Positions 21,870-32,622 are shown, numbered from the stretch's first letter. The stretch: DNA of 64,000 bases from an uncultured Candidatus Rokubacteria bacterium (GCA_963805625.1 CAWDVE010000017.1:640001-704000), one strand, 5' to 3'. Translations and numbers: made by a program. Notes: generated by a model from the letters alone, not told the origin.

Positions 21870-23957
21870 GGTTGTCCTTCCTGCCGGGGAGGGGTCGATT
21901 CCGGCGGCCCCGGCTCCGCAGTCAGGATCACGGCGCGGAGCACCTCGGCCACGCTCCAGGCCTGGGCGATGCAGCCGCGGGGCGTGAACGGCGGCTCGGC
22001 GTCGAAGATCTCGCTGATGGTGCCGACGCACGCCTCGTCGAGATGGGACCAGAAGCGATCGAGGAGCTGGCGGGCGTGCGCGCGGTCCTCGGGGTGAGCC
22101 CGGAGCCACGCGTCGACGAAGGGGCCGATCAGCCAGGCCCAGACCGTGCCCTGGTGGTAGGCGGCATCGCGCGCCCGCAGGTCGCCGTAGTACGTCGCCT
22201 TGTAGTCGGGATGGCCCGGGGCGAGCGAGCGCAGGCCGACCGGCGTGAGCAGGCGCTCGCGGACCACCTCCAGCACCGACGCCCAGCGCGTCTCGGTCGA
22301 GCACCGGATGAGCGAGCGAGATGGCGAGCAGCTGGTTGGGCCGGCAGGCGGGATCGTCACCGCTCTCGCCGTCGACCACGTCGTACAGGTAGCCGCCGTC
22401 GGCGTACCAGAAGCGCGCGTTGAACGACCGTGCGGACCTGGTCCGCGCGTGGTCGACAGCGGCCGCCGCCGCGTCGTCGCCCTGCTCCTCGCGCATCCAC
22501 CCCTCGAGCAGCCGCAGCGCGTTGTACCAGAGCGCGTTGATCTCGACCGCCTTGCCGCGCCGCGGCGTCACGACCCAGTCGTCGACCTTGGCGTCCATCC
22601 AGGTGAGCTGGTACCCCTCCGCGCCCTGGCGGAGCAGGCCGTCCGCCGGATCGACGCCGATGCCGAAGCGCGTGCCGCGCACGTGGTGGTCGACGATGTC
22701 GACGCAGCGTCGGGCAGGAGGAGCCGGAGCGTCTCGCGGTCGCCGGTCGCCCGGAGGTAGCGGTCGAGGGCGTGGAAGAACCAGAGGTGGCGTCGGCCGT
22801 GTGGTAGAGGCCCTCGCGCTGTGCCCTCGGGGAACATGTTCGGAATCAGGCCGTCGCGGACGTAGTGGGCGAAGGTGCGCAGGATGTAGCCGGCCTCCAC
22901 GTGGCGCCCGGTCAGCAGGGTCAGCCCTTCGAGGCTGATCATGGTGTCGCGGCCCCAGTCGGTGAACCAGTGATAGCCGGCGATGATCGTGCGCACCTCG
23001 TCGCCCGTGGCCCGGACGCGCGCGGTGTCGGCCACGCGACCGGCCGGCGTGACGACGAACTGGTCGGCCGCCAGCACGAGCTCGGCCGCCGGGCCCGGTG
23101 CGGGCCCGGGGATGGGCGGCCGCGAGGAGTCGCCGCCGGCGCTCCTGCTCGGCCCGCAACGCGGTCTCCGGATCGAGCGCGTCGATGGCCTCCCAGGGCT
23201 CGGTCGAGGCGACGATCGTGCCCGTGCCCTCCGGCTCGAGCGTCATGCGGAAGTAGCCCGGGCTCCAGAGGTCGCCGGTCGCCTCGTATCCGCGACTCCG
23301 CTCCGAGGGATACAGGACATGCTGGATCGTGTGACCCGAGACGCGGAAGGCGGCCGGCGGGCCGTGTGTCCGCAGGCGCAGCCGCGGGAACTCCGGGCTC
23401 CCGAACAGCTCGTAGCGGTCCCCCAGGACCGTGAGGCCATAGGGACCGGCGAGGGGATCGCTCACCGGGCGTTCGTGCGGGCGGAAGTGGACGGCCGGCC
23501 GCACCTGGAGACTGACCGGCCCCGGGGCCGAGACGAGTCGATAGCTGACGTGGACGGTGTTCTGGCGGTACGGAACGAGTAGGCGCTTCTCCAGGACGAG
23601 CTGGCCCAGCTCGTACCGCCACACGGGCAGGCCCAGCTCGAGGCGGAACTCGGCAAGATCCAGCACCTCCGCGGGCTTTCCGGCCCCGGTGGCCTCCCAG
23701 CCAGCGGTCGTGGCGGCGACGCCGCCGTCCGGCAGGCCGAGCCGCTCGTGCAGGTGGCTCAGCATGTTCATCCGGCCGAGCGGCGCCGGCAGGGCGGCGA
23801 TCAGGAGCCCGTGGTAGCGCCGCGTCATCAGGGTGGACACCGTGCCCGACGCGTAGCCGCCGAGCCCGTTCGTGACCAGCCATTCGCGAGTCGCCGACCG
23901 GCCCCGCTCGGGATCGTCGCGACCGGGCCACGGGATCCGGCGGATCAGATCGCTCAT
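21866..23957 (-). CDS. Amylo-alpha-1,6-glucosidase (GDE N- and C-terminal domains), frameshifted
   Basis: REWLVTNGLGGYASGT, RRYHGLL, IAGYHWFTDWGRDTMI, LTWMDAK, AYHQGTVWAWL, GCIAQAWSVAE. Confidence 0.92.
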
Positions 23958-25836
23958 CGCGAGGGCCGAAGACGAGGGCGGTGTGGCCCGGCAGGACCCA
24001 GCCGTCGGCGGGATCGACCTCGGGCGTGCCGGCGCCGCCGTAGCGGATGGCCTCGCTGGACCAGAGGAGGCTCCAGCGCATGCCCTCGGGCGGCGCGAGC
24101 AGGGGCTCGGCGACCGCCGGGAGGGCGAGATCGCGCCCCAGGTTGAGGCAGAGCAGCCGATCGTCGGGATCGAGGCCCACGCCGAAGAACCGGAGGACGA
24201 GCGCCTCGGGTCCGAGGACGGCGCCGTCCACGCCGCCGCTGCCCTGCGTGCGGAACACCGGGTCCTCCCGCCGCAATCGGAGGAGGTCGACGTGGAGAGC
24301 ATAGGCTGCGCCGTTGCGCTCGCGCTCGCCGAGGTCGAGCTTCGAGCGCTCGAAGGTGAGGCGATCGGCCGGATCGGGTAGCGCTGCCTGCGCCTCGGCC
24401 CCGGCCAGGCTCGGAAACTGGGCCAGGAACTCCGCGCGGCCCACCCGCGCCAGCTTCGCCAGCTCGGGCGGGAGGTCGGCGAAGTAGAGGAAGGGGCTCG
24501 AGGCGGCGAACTCCTGACCCTGGAACAGCATCGGGGTCGCCGGGCCCAGCAAGAGCAGCGCGGTCATGGCCCGGTATCGGCCGGGGCTGGTCAGCCGATG
24601 GCAGCGGAGCCCTGCCGCGAGTTGGCGACCTGGTCGTGGTTCTGGAGGAAGTTGACGAAGGACGTCGGCCCGCACGTCCCAGCGCGGGCGTGCCGCGCGG
24701 CTTCCCCTGCCATGCGTATCACTGCCCCTGGTAGAGATAGCCGCACTTGACGGCCGAGATCAGCTCCTGGGGCGTCCCGGCGTAGTCGCTGAAGTACGCC
24801 TCGTCGCGCCCGGTCAGGGCCACCGTGGCGGAGTGGTGGAAGTCGTCGTTCCACAGGGCGTCGAGCCCGTAGCCGCCGGCCGCCACCGCGCGGACGAGCC
24901 TCACGTCCTGCGGCTCGTTCTCGGCGACGAGGAACACCGATCGGCGGCCGGCGCTCTCCCGCGCCCGGCGCGCGATCGCCGTCAACATGTGCTCCGGGGA
25001 ATCGTCGTGGATGTCCTGCGTGGCATCCAGCCGCAGCCCGTCGAGGTGAAACTCGTCGATCCAGTAGCCGGCGTTCGAGACGAAGAACTCGCGGACCGGC
25101 CCGGAGTCCTCGCCGTCGAAGTTGATCGCCTCGCCCCAGTCCGTCGGTGACGCGTGGCTGAGATAGTCGGCGAGCGAACTGGCCGAGGTAGTTGCCGTCC
25201 GGGCCGAAGTGGTTGTAGACGACGTCGAGGATCACGCCGAGGCCGACCGCGTGGGCCCGATCGACGAAGCGCGCGGAAGTCGTCGGGCCGGCCGTAGAGC
25301 CGCGTCGGGGCGAACAGGTCGACGCCGTCGTAGCCCCAGCCGAATCGCCCGCGAAATCGGCGACCGGCATCACCTCGATCACCGTGATCCCAGCTCGCGC
25401 CAGCTCCGGCAGCTCGCGGCGGCCGCGTCCCAGGTGCCCTCGGGCGTGAACGTGCCGATGTGCATCTCGTAGAGGACCTGGCCCTCGCGGCGTGACGCCC
25501 GGCCACCGGTCATCGGTCCAGGAAAAGGCGGCCGGATCGACGACCTCGGACGGGCCGTGGGGTCCGTCGGGCTGGAACCGCGACGCCGGATCGGGGCAGG
25601 CCGGCCCGCCGTCGAGGCGGTACGCGTACCTCATCCCGACTTCGACGGCGGGAACGAGGCCGGAGTGGTACCCGTGGGGCTCCGCGTCGAGGCAAACCCG
25701 CCGGTCGTCCAGCTCGACCTCGACCTGCGCGGCCCCTCGGTGCCCACACGCGAAAGTGCACGCCCCCCGTGGGGGCGAGCTCTGCTCCAATCGGCAGGCG
25801 TCGCCAGGTCGGAGGCGAGCTGCTTCGCGTTCGCAC
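23954..25836 (-). CDS. treZ: Malto-oligosyltrehalose trehalohydrolase TreZ (GH13), frameshifted
   Basis: FRVWAP, DPASRFQPDGPHGPS, WGYDGV, DVVYNHFGPDGNYL, DGLRLDA, VAENE, WNDDFHH, LQNHDQ, PMLFQGQE. Confidence 0.9.
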
Positions 25837-25850
25837 GGATGGTCCTGGAG

Positions 25851-25866
25851 GGCAACTTCCGTACCA
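25851..25866 (-). promoter_or_regulatory. sigma54 -24/-12 promoter
   Basis: Minus strand TGGTAC-GGAAG-TTGCC, upstream of treZ. Confidence 0.78.
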
Positions 25867-25962
25867 GACCACCGGACCGTGGTCAGACGACCGGCACACG
25901 AAACACTCTTCCGCATTCGCGTCGTCGGCGCTCCAGCGTCGAGCCGGTGCCGAACCGAGGGG

Positions 25963-25994
25963 CGCCATGGTGTCGTCGCCGCGACAGCGTGACG
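25963..25994. promoter_or_regulatory. 32-bp palindromic enhancer candidate, copy 7 (between divergent promoters)
   Basis: CGCCA-tgg-TGTCGT-cgcc-GCGACA-gcg-TGACG, about 139 and 159 bp from the two predicted start sites. Confidence 0.78.
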
Positions 25995-26110
25995 CACGGG
26001 CGGCGAACGCGGGCGCATCGGGATCGCCGAGAGTCTGGTCATCCGTCGCGTCCTCGGTGATGGCGGGCGCGGCAACCCGACGTGGTCAGCCCGCGAAATT
26101 CACGGACGAC

Positions 26111-26126
26111 TGGCATCTCGATTGCT
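26111..26126 (+). promoter_or_regulatory. sigma54 -24/-12 promoter
   Basis: TGGCAT-CTCGA-TTGCT. Confidence 0.83.
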
Positions 26127-26182
26127 CCTTCTGACTCGCAGAGCTTGCGCACTACACCGTGAAGCACCGAGGAGGATGGAGC

Positions 26183-26873
26183 ATGAAGAGTCGAATCTGT
26201 GCCTTTCATCAGCGCCGTGGCCCTCGCGGGCGCGTTCGGGGCGACGCACGCCAACGCCCAGTCGCCGCCCAAGCCCGTCGCCGCCACGGGACAGCCCGCG
26301 AAGAACGCCGAGCAGATCAATGACACGAAGCGCTTTGCCGAGCACACGGGGCTGTACCGCGCCAGCTCGGTCGTCGGGAGCGGCGTCAAGGACCTGGCCG
26401 GCAAGGACGCCGGGAAGATCGAGGATCTGCTCCTCGACCACCGTGGCCACGTCGGGTACGCCGTCGTGTCGTTCGGCGGCTTCATGGGCATCGGCGACAA
26501 GCTGTTCGCGGTGCCGTGGGACGCGGTCATCGTCGATCGCGAGAAGCGAACCGTCTACGTCGACGTGAAGAAGGAGACCCTCGAGCGGTCGCCGAGCTTC
26601 ACGGCAGACAAGTACCCCGATCCCAATGACCGGGAGTGGGGTCGCGACGTCCGCAAGGCCTGGAGCGACGCGTCCATCACCGCTGCGGTGAAGACGAAGC
26701 TCGCGGGGACGTCGCCCGCCACGCTGCTGAAGGTCAATGTCGACACGACCAACGGCATCGTGCAGCTCAACGGCACCGTCGACAACGACAAGACGCGACA
26801 GCGCGCGACGGAGCTCGCCCGGCAGGTCGACGGCGTGCGCCGCGTGGTGAACAACCTCAAGGTGCAGGGCTAA
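26183..26873 (+). CDS. Secreted PRC-barrel + BON domain protein (indel in the signal peptide)
   Basis: GAGGAGG RBS and ATG 26183. PRC motifs GKIEDLLLD, YAVVSFGGFMGIGDKLFAVPW; BON motif DASITAAVKTKL...GVRRVVNNL. Confidence 0.88.
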
Positions 26874-26993
26874 CGCCCGGCGCCGCGAGGCCTCTCCCGC
26901 GGTCTCGGCAGGGCCCGGGCCACGCCGCGAGGCGTCCCGGGCCCTGTCCGCTCCTTTCCATCGGTCGTCACTCGCCGTCGAAGGAGGTCCTCG

Positions 26994-27641
26994 ATGGCAG
27001 CGCACACCACTCCCAAGACTCCGAAGGCCTACCGGAAGCGCGAGTTCGACCTCAAGGGGCTCGCCGGCATCTCGGACGCCCAGATCGAGGAGCACCTGAC
27101 TCTCTACGCCGGCTACGTCAAGCAGGTCAACGCGCTGAACGAGGAGCTGGCCGAGATGCTCGCTCGCGGCAAGGCGTCGGGCAAGAGCCCGGAGTTCGCC
27201 GAGCTGACGCGACGCCTGGGCTTCGAGTACAACGGAATGATCCTTCACGAGTACTACTTCGGTAACCTCCGGGCCGCCGCCAATCCGAAGCCCCCGGCGG
27301 GATCGGGGCTGACGGAGGCCCTCGTCGGGTCCTTCGGATCGGCCGATCAGTGGCGGACCGACTTCCAGGCAATCGGCGAGATGCGCGGGGTCGGGTGGGT
27401 GATCCTGTTCCAGGATCCCGTGACCGATCGCCTCACGAATCACTGGATCACGCTCCACCAGGACGGCGTGCCCGCGGGGTTCAAGCCGCTCCTGGTCATG
27501 GACGTCTGGGAGCACGCCTTCATGCGGGACTACAAGGCGACCGAGCGCGACCAGTACATCGAGGCGTTCTTCCGGAACATCGACTGGTCCATCGTCGAGA
27601 CCCGGCTCCAGGAAGAGCGCGCCGTCCGGCCCGCAGCCTGA
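26994..27641 (+). CDS. Fe/Mn superoxide dismutase family protein
   Basis: EEHLTLYAGY, ILHEYYF, GVGW, MDVWEHAF carry the four expected metal ligands. Confidence 0.9.
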   Translation: MAAHTTPKTPKAYRKREFDLKGLAGISDAQIEEHLTLYAGYVKQVNALNEELAEMLARGKASGKSPEFAELTRRLGFEYNGMILHEYYFGNLRAAANPKPPAGSGLTEALVGSFGSADQWRTDFQAIGEMRGVGWVILFQDPVTDRLTNHWITLHQDGVPAGFKPLLVMDVWEHAFMRDYKATERDQYIEAFFRNIDWSIVETRLQEERAVRPAA

Positions 27642-27667
27642 GCATCCGTCACGGTATTCCCTCGACT

Positions 27668-27699
27668 CGTCACGGTGTCGCCGCGGCGACACCGTGACG
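27668..27699. promoter_or_regulatory. 32-bp palindromic enhancer candidate, copy 8 (perfect palindrome)
   Basis: CGTCACGGTGTCGCCG|CGGCGACACCGTGACG, about 118 bp upstream of the predicted start site. Confidence 0.82.
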
Positions 27700-27774
27700 G
27701 AGGTGCGGCTCTCCGGACCGTTGGAATCCGGCCCGTTTCCGGCCGCCGGACGCCCGATCTCGGGCGAACTGGCT

Positions 27775-27790
27775 CGGCACGCGACTTGCC
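27775..27790 (+). promoter_or_regulatory. sigma54 -24/-12 promoter
   Basis: CGGCAC-GCGAC-TTGCC. Confidence 0.8.
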
Positions 27791-27862
27791 CTGACAAGTA
27801 CACAGAGGGGCCGCGCCAGTGCTCGTGGCCGACCGACGAAAAACAGGAGGGGGGCGACAGCA

Positions 27863-27937
27863 ATGCCGTTGATCCTGTGGCTTCTGGGAGTGCCGCTCAG
27901 TCTGATCGTCATCCTGTGGCTCATGGGCGTGATGTAG
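27863..27937 (+). CDS. 24-aa membrane micro-protein
   Basis: Manual translation MPLILWLLGVPLSLIVILWLMGVM; AGGAGG RBS; first ORF after the promoter. Confidence 0.75.
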   Translation: MPLILWLLGVPLSLIVILWLMGVM

Positions 27938-27988
27938 GCGTGCCGCGACCGCTGTTCTCGGGGAGGGAATCGATGCGGCGAATGTGAG

Positions 27989-28168
27989 ATGGGAAGCCTG
28001 ATCGGGATCGCATTGCTCATGGGCACCGTGCTCACGGGGTGCGATCAGGGCCCGGCACAGAAGGCGGGCTCGAAGATCGACCGGGCCCTGGACCGGCTGA
28101 GCGGCAAGGGGCCCGTCGAGAAGGCCGGAGAACGGATCGACAAGGCGGTGGAAGAGCTCAAGAAGTAG
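27989..28168 (+). CDS. Small lipoprotein (59 aa)
   Basis: MGSLIGIALLMGTVLTGC-DQGPAQKAGSKIDRALDRLSGKGPVEKAGERIDKAVEELKK, with an internal GPxxKAGxxID repeat. Confidence 0.8.
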   Translation: MGSLIGIALLMGTVLTGCDQGPAQKAGSKIDRALDRLSGKGPVEKAGERIDKAVEELKK

Positions 28169-28237
28169 CGGAGCCTGATCGGACGCCCGCCCGTGGGGCG
28201 GCGCCCGGGGCGACTACCGACCGGTAGAAGGGAGGGA

Positions 28238-28414
28238 ATGGCGATGATGTCGTTGGCGCTGACGTTCCTGATCGTGGGACTCGTGGCCGGGCTCCTTGGG
28301 CTCTACGGAGTCGCGGCCGTGGCCTCACAGATCGCGTGGGTGCTGTTCCTGGTGGGGGTGGTGCTGCTCGTGCTCCACATGGCCAGGACGCGGCGATTGC
28401 CGCCCGCAGTCTGA
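28238..28414 (+). CDS. DUF1328 (UPF0391) small membrane protein
   Basis: LALTFLIVGLVAGLLGLYGVAAVASQIAWVLF. Confidence 0.85.
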   Translation: MAMMSLALTFLIVGLVAGLLGLYGVAAVASQIAWVLFLVGVVLLVLHMARTRRLPPAV

Positions 28415-28433
28415 CGACGGCGGAGGGCGTGCC

Positions 28434-28751
28434 ATGAAGGAGAGCCTCGTCGCGGCGATTGGCATCTGGCTCGTGTTCGTGCTCGTGTTCGCTTCGCTCG
28501 TCGGGGCTCAGACCGGACAGGCTCCGGTGCCGGCCTCGAAGGTCGCGCCGATCGCGAAGACCGAGGTCAGCGGGAAGATCAAGAGCGTGGATCCGGCCGG
28601 CACAACGGTTCTCCTCGAGGACGGCACCCGATTGATGATCCCGGGTTCCGTCAACGTCAACCCTGCCGCGCTGAAGGCCGGCGCGACGGTGAAGGCGAGC
28701 ATCGAGGAGAAGGGCGGTCAGAAGATGGTGACCGCGATCCAGGTCAACTGA
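28434..28751 (+). CDS. Small secreted OB-fold-like protein (DUF1344-like)
   Basis: Signal peptide; GKIKSVD...LEDG...LKAGATVKASIEEKGGQKMVT. Confidence 0.72.
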   Translation: MKESLVAAIGIWLVFVLVFASLVGAQTGQAPVPASKVAPIAKTEVSGKIKSVDPAGTTVLLEDGTRLMIPGSVNVNPAALKAGATVKASIEEKGGQKMVTAIQVN

Positions 28752-28764
28752 GGAGGTGAAACTC

Positions 28765-28854
28765 GTGGCGCATCAATATCGCTGTGAGAAGTGCGGACAC
28801 CTGTCGGACAGACCGGGCAACTGCTGCGGTCAGCCGATGAAGGAGATTTCCTAG
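28765..28854 (+). CDS. 29-aa Cys-rich micro-protein (desulforedoxin/zinc-ribbon-like)
   Basis: Manual translation MAHQYRCEKCGHLSDRPGNCCGQPMKEIS; AGGAGGTG RBS. Confidence 0.75.
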   Translation: MAHQYRCEKCGHLSDRPGNCCGQPMKEIS

Positions 28855-28861
28855 CCACACT

Positions 28862-28910
28862 GCGGGGAGCGGGCGGTCGGGCCCGCTCGCCGCTTCCCGT
28901 TCCCTTTCTC
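28862..28910 (+). terminator. Probable terminator hairpin after the micro-protein operon
   Basis: Stem gcggggagcgggc / gcccgctcgccgc followed by a pyrimidine-rich tract. Confidence 0.45.
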
Positions 28911-29117
28911 TCACTCTCCTCACTCGTGTGTCCGAGGCACCTCCGCTGGGCGGCGGCGCTCAATCCGGAACGCTCGATCGGAACGCGCAGACCGATCCCC
29001 TGGTGTCGACTTGGCCTGGCGGAGAGCGCGCCCGCTGACTCCGCCGGAGTCGATGGGTGTGCTCGAGCAGCACGGTCGCCGCCGGGGCCTCGGAACCCGC
29101 ATGGTACGCTCGAGCAC

Positions 29118-30222
29118 ATGTGGCGGTCTTCACTCAGCGTGGCCGCGGGCTCGCCCGCAGGAAGTCGCCGCCGCGGGCTTCGAGCGACTCGCCTGGTCTT
29201 CGTGCTCGCGCTGCTCGCGCTCACCCTGGTTCCGACGACGCCCCTGGATGTGGAGTCGGCCGGGGTGGAGCGGAAGCCCGCCCATCATCTCCGGCGAGGC
29301 TTCCGGAACCTCGACGATGGGTACCACTACGACATGGGCGTCCGGATGCGCCATTTCGTCCGGGGCGCCTTCACGTCGCACCCGCCGAGGGGCGCCGCGA
29401 CGCCCGTCATCGGAAACGACGGCGCCGCCCTGCGCGCCAACGGAACGCATCCGACCGTCACCTGGGTCGGCCATTCCACGTTTCTCGTGCAGCTCGATGG
29501 GGTGAACATCCTGACGGATCCCCACTGGGGGGACCGGGCGAGCCCGGTCGGATTCGCCGGACCGCGGCGGCTCGTGCCGCCGGGTCTCAGATTCGAGGAC
29601 CTGCCGCCGATCCACGCGGTCGTCATCTCCCACGACCACTACGACCACCTCGACGCGGGCACCGTCGAGCGGCTGGCGCGCGAGCATCGGCCACGCTTCT
29701 TCGTGCCGCTCGGTCTGAGGGCGTGGCTCGGGGAGCGAGGGATCTCGGACGTGGTCGAGCTGGACTGGTGGGACACTGTCCGGTTCCGGGGGTTGACCCT
29801 CGTGTGCACGCCGGCGCAGCATTCCTCGGGGCGCACCCTGACCGACCAGTACCTACGCCTCTGGTCGTCGTGGGTCGTCGTCGGGCCGACGCGGCGATTC
29901 TTCTTCGCCGGAGACACCGGATACGACTCGCGACTCAGGACGATCGGCAATCGCTTCGGACCCTTCGATCTCGCAGCGATCCCGATCGGGGGCTATACCA
30001 CCTTCAGACGAGGGACACCCGAACCACGTGAACCCGGAGGAGGCGATACAGCTCTATGAGGACGTTCAGGGCCGCCTGCTGGTGCCCATGCACTGGGGGA
30101 CGTTCGGGATGAACCGCGAGCCGTTCCGGGAGCCGCCCGAGCGGCTCTTGCGGGAGGCGCTCCGGCGGGGTCTCGAGGAGCAGATCGCGATCCTGAGCCC
30201 TGGCCAGACCGTTTCCTGGTAG
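29118..30222 (+). CDS. Secreted MBL-fold metallohydrolase (NAPE-PLD/RomA-like), frameshift near 30005
   Basis: TWVGHST, LTDP, ISHDHYDHLD, PAQHSSGR, FAGDTGY, IPIGGY, HVNPEEA, PMHWGTF. Confidence 0.88.
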
Positions 30223-30234
30223 CAGTCCCGGCCG

Positions 30235-31540
30235 TCAGAAGCTGGACTCGAAGGGTATCGCCAGCAGCTCGAAGAAGCGCCCCTCGGATTCCCCGATGCC
30301 GCCAGGCCTCGAGGTCCATCCGCTCCGCGTACTGCAGATCGTCCTGGAAGGCTTTCTCGAGCCGAGCCGCAAAGTCCGTGTCGTAGGCCACGACGTTCAG
30401 CTCGTCGTTCAGCTTGAAAGAGCGGTGGTCGAGGTTCGTGCTGCCGACGGTGGCCCAGATGCCGTCGATGACCATCGTCTTGGCGTGGAGGAGCGCTGGC
30501 TTGTACTCGTAGATCTCGATGCCCGCCTCCAGCAAGCGACCGAACTGCCGCCGTCCTGCGTGGCGCACGAGCGGGTGATCACTCACCGCGGGTACGAGGA
30601 AACTGATCTGGATGCCTCGCCGGGCGGCGTTCACCAGCGTCTCGATCATCTGTTCGTCGAGAAGGACGTATGGGTTGGTGATCTTGATCGACCGACGGGC
30701 GGAGGACAGGGCCAGGAGGAACGTGGTGTACATCGCGTAGCCTCCGCCCGCGGGGCCGCTACGAATGACCTGCGCGTGGATCTTGCCTTTCGCCTCGACC
30801 GGGCCGGGAAAGTAATCCGCTCCGCCGAGGACGACCCCCGTGGCCTCGACCCAGTTCTCGGCGAACGCGCCCTGGAGGTACTCGACGACGGGCCCTTCGA
30901 TGCGGACGTCGGTGTCACGCCAGTGATCGGCCACCCGACCGTTCCCCATCCACTTGTGGCTGACGCCGGAGCCACCCGTGAAGCCTACGCGGCCGTCGAC
31001 GACGAGGATGCGACGGTGGTTCCGGTTGTTCGCGCGGTTGAGACCGAAGGGGCCGATCGGCCGGAACGAGACCACCTGGCAGCCGTCCTTGGACATGAGC
31101 TTCGTGTATTCCCGCGGCATGGCAAGGGTCCCCACGCTGTCGAGCAGGACGTGCACCCGCACTCCGGCCCGGCATCGCTCGGCCAGCGTCTCGGCGACTT
31201 GGCGCGCGATCTGTCCGTCCTCGTAGCTGTACTGGGCATACGTGATCGTCGTCTGGGCTCCTCGGATCGCCTCGAGGATGGCGGGGTAGATCTGCTCGCC
31301 GTTCAGGAGGATCGTCAGGCGGTTGCCTCCGACGATTGGCGCCTGCGCGTGAGCCTCGAGGGTGGGAAAGAATGCCGGCTCGCCGAGATTCATGGGGGGC
31401 AGCGTCCGGTGGACCGGGACGTTGGAGCAGGCGCCGCCCGACATGGCGACGGCCAGCAGCAGGATCGTCGGCAAGGCTCGCCCGGCCCGGCGACGCGGGG
31501 TTCCCACGAGCGGTCGGAGGTGCGTGGCATCACCGATCAC
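30235..31540 (-). CDS. Cardiolipin synthase-like phospholipase D (ClsB-like), indel near the 3' end
   Basis: NHRRILVVDG and LHAKTMVIDG PLD motifs, WRDTD, GSTNLD. Confidence 0.88.
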
Positions 31541-31713
31541 TTGGACTGTCTCGGAACTCTGGCGCCCTTCTCCCGCGCCTCGGACAGGCCGATGGCGATG
31601 GCCTGCTTTCGGCTCGTCACCCGCTGGCCGCTTCCGCTTCTCAGCGTGCCCTTCTTCCGGCGTCGCATCGCGGACTTGACGGCCTTGCCCGCGCCCTTGC
31701 CGTAACGAGCCAT
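31537..31713 (-). CDS. DUF6496 small basic protein
   Basis: MARYGKGAGKAVKSAMRRRKKGTLRSGSGQRVTSRKQAIAIGLSEAREKGARVP; GGAGG RBS. Confidence 0.85.
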   Translation of the reverse strand: MARYGKGAGKAVKSAMRRRKKGTLRSGSGQRVTSRKQAIAIGLSEAREKGARVPRQSK

Positions 31714-31898
31714 GGTGTCCTCCCGGCCGAAGCCATCGCGTCGTGAGTCTTCAATCGCGAAGACTCGTTTCCGAACGGCTGCGCCCCGTAAAGGGCCCGC
31801 GAAGCGAGCCCTGCGACGTCCGCACCGGACGAGCAGTGCGGCCACCCTGGCCGAGGGACCGTATTCTCGGCTTTCCGCGATCACGACGAGAGGTCCGG

Positions 31899-32597
31899 TC
31901 ACGACACGCTGACGCGGCCGGCGAAACGGCGGCGGGCGAGTACGCTGATGACGGCGCTGGCGGCCCCCAGAATGCCGACAATCGTGAGGGTCCCGACGAG
32001 TTCACTCCCTGACGTCAGGGTCCCAACAGTCCGGCCGAGCCACACGAACCCCGTGACCCACAGGAGAGCGCCCAGGAGGTCGAACGCTACGAAGCGCACA
32101 TACGACATGCCGCGCGATATTGCGAGCGGCGCCACCAGCACTCGAAGCGTCACGGCCACTCTGGCGAACAGCAACGCCACGCCGCCGAAGCGCCGCAGGA
32201 AGCGGTCCGCCGCGTCCATCCGCGAGGTCGTGAGACGGAAGACACGACAGTAGAGCTCGAACAGCCGTCGACCCTTCAGCCGTCCGACCAAGTACCAGGC
32301 GTGGTCGCCGGCCACGGTGCCGAGCGTCGCGAGCCCGATCAGGACCCACGCGCTGGCGCCCGTGCCCGAAACGGGGTTGGAGATGGATCCCACCGCTATC
32401 AGCATGAGCCGACCGGGAAAGGGGATCCCGACCGCATCGACGATGGCGCCCAGGAACACGACGGCATAGAGATGCTCCCGAAACCAACCATCGATGAGAG
32501 TGAGAACATTGCTATTTTCCCAGGAGGACGGGGCGTGGCTCTCAAGTGTCGAAGGCCGCGCCCCGTCCCCCGATCGCCTGCGCCTGTCGACCGGCAA
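31899..32597 (-). CDS. DedA/VTT family membrane protein (start uncertain)
   Basis: GIPFPG, GTVAGDHAWYLVGR, FLRRFG, LFARV, FVAFDLLGALLW. Confidence 0.85.
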   Translation of the reverse strand: MPVDRRRRSGDGARPSTLESHAPSSWENSNVLTLIDGWFREHLYAVVFLGAIVDAVGIPFPGRLMLIAVGSISNPVSGTGASAWVLIGLATLGTVAGDHAWYLVGRLKGRRLFELYCRVFRLTTSRMDAADRFLRRFGGVALLFARVAVTLRVLVAPLAISRGMSYVRFVAFDLLGALLWVTGFVWLGRTVGTLTSGSELVGTLTIVGILGAASAVISVLARRRFAGRVSVS

Positions 32598-32622
32598 CCG
32601 GCTGGCTGGGTCCAGCCAGCCG

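Noticed and set aside
21492-24302. 936-aa ORF as a real fusion protein
   Set aside because: It is a patchwork created by indels that joins parts of the glucosidase frame to the separate DUF4383 gene.
27668-27699. Perfect palindrome read as the SOD terminator
   Set aside because: It has no loop or U-tract and matches the 32-bp motif found at nine other promoter-proximal sites. A dual role is not excluded.
29102-29117. TGGTAC-GCTCG-AGCAC as a sigma54 promoter
   Set aside because: GG-GC spacing is one base short and no enhancer copy was seen. It could be an indel artefact, but that is unsupported.
31757-31914. Possible sigma54 promoter and enhancer for DUF6496-cls
   Set aside because: Only a half-site is present (ACGACA-cgc-TGACG at 31901-31914, inside the dedA 3' end), and the best promoter candidate has GG-N12-GC spacing.
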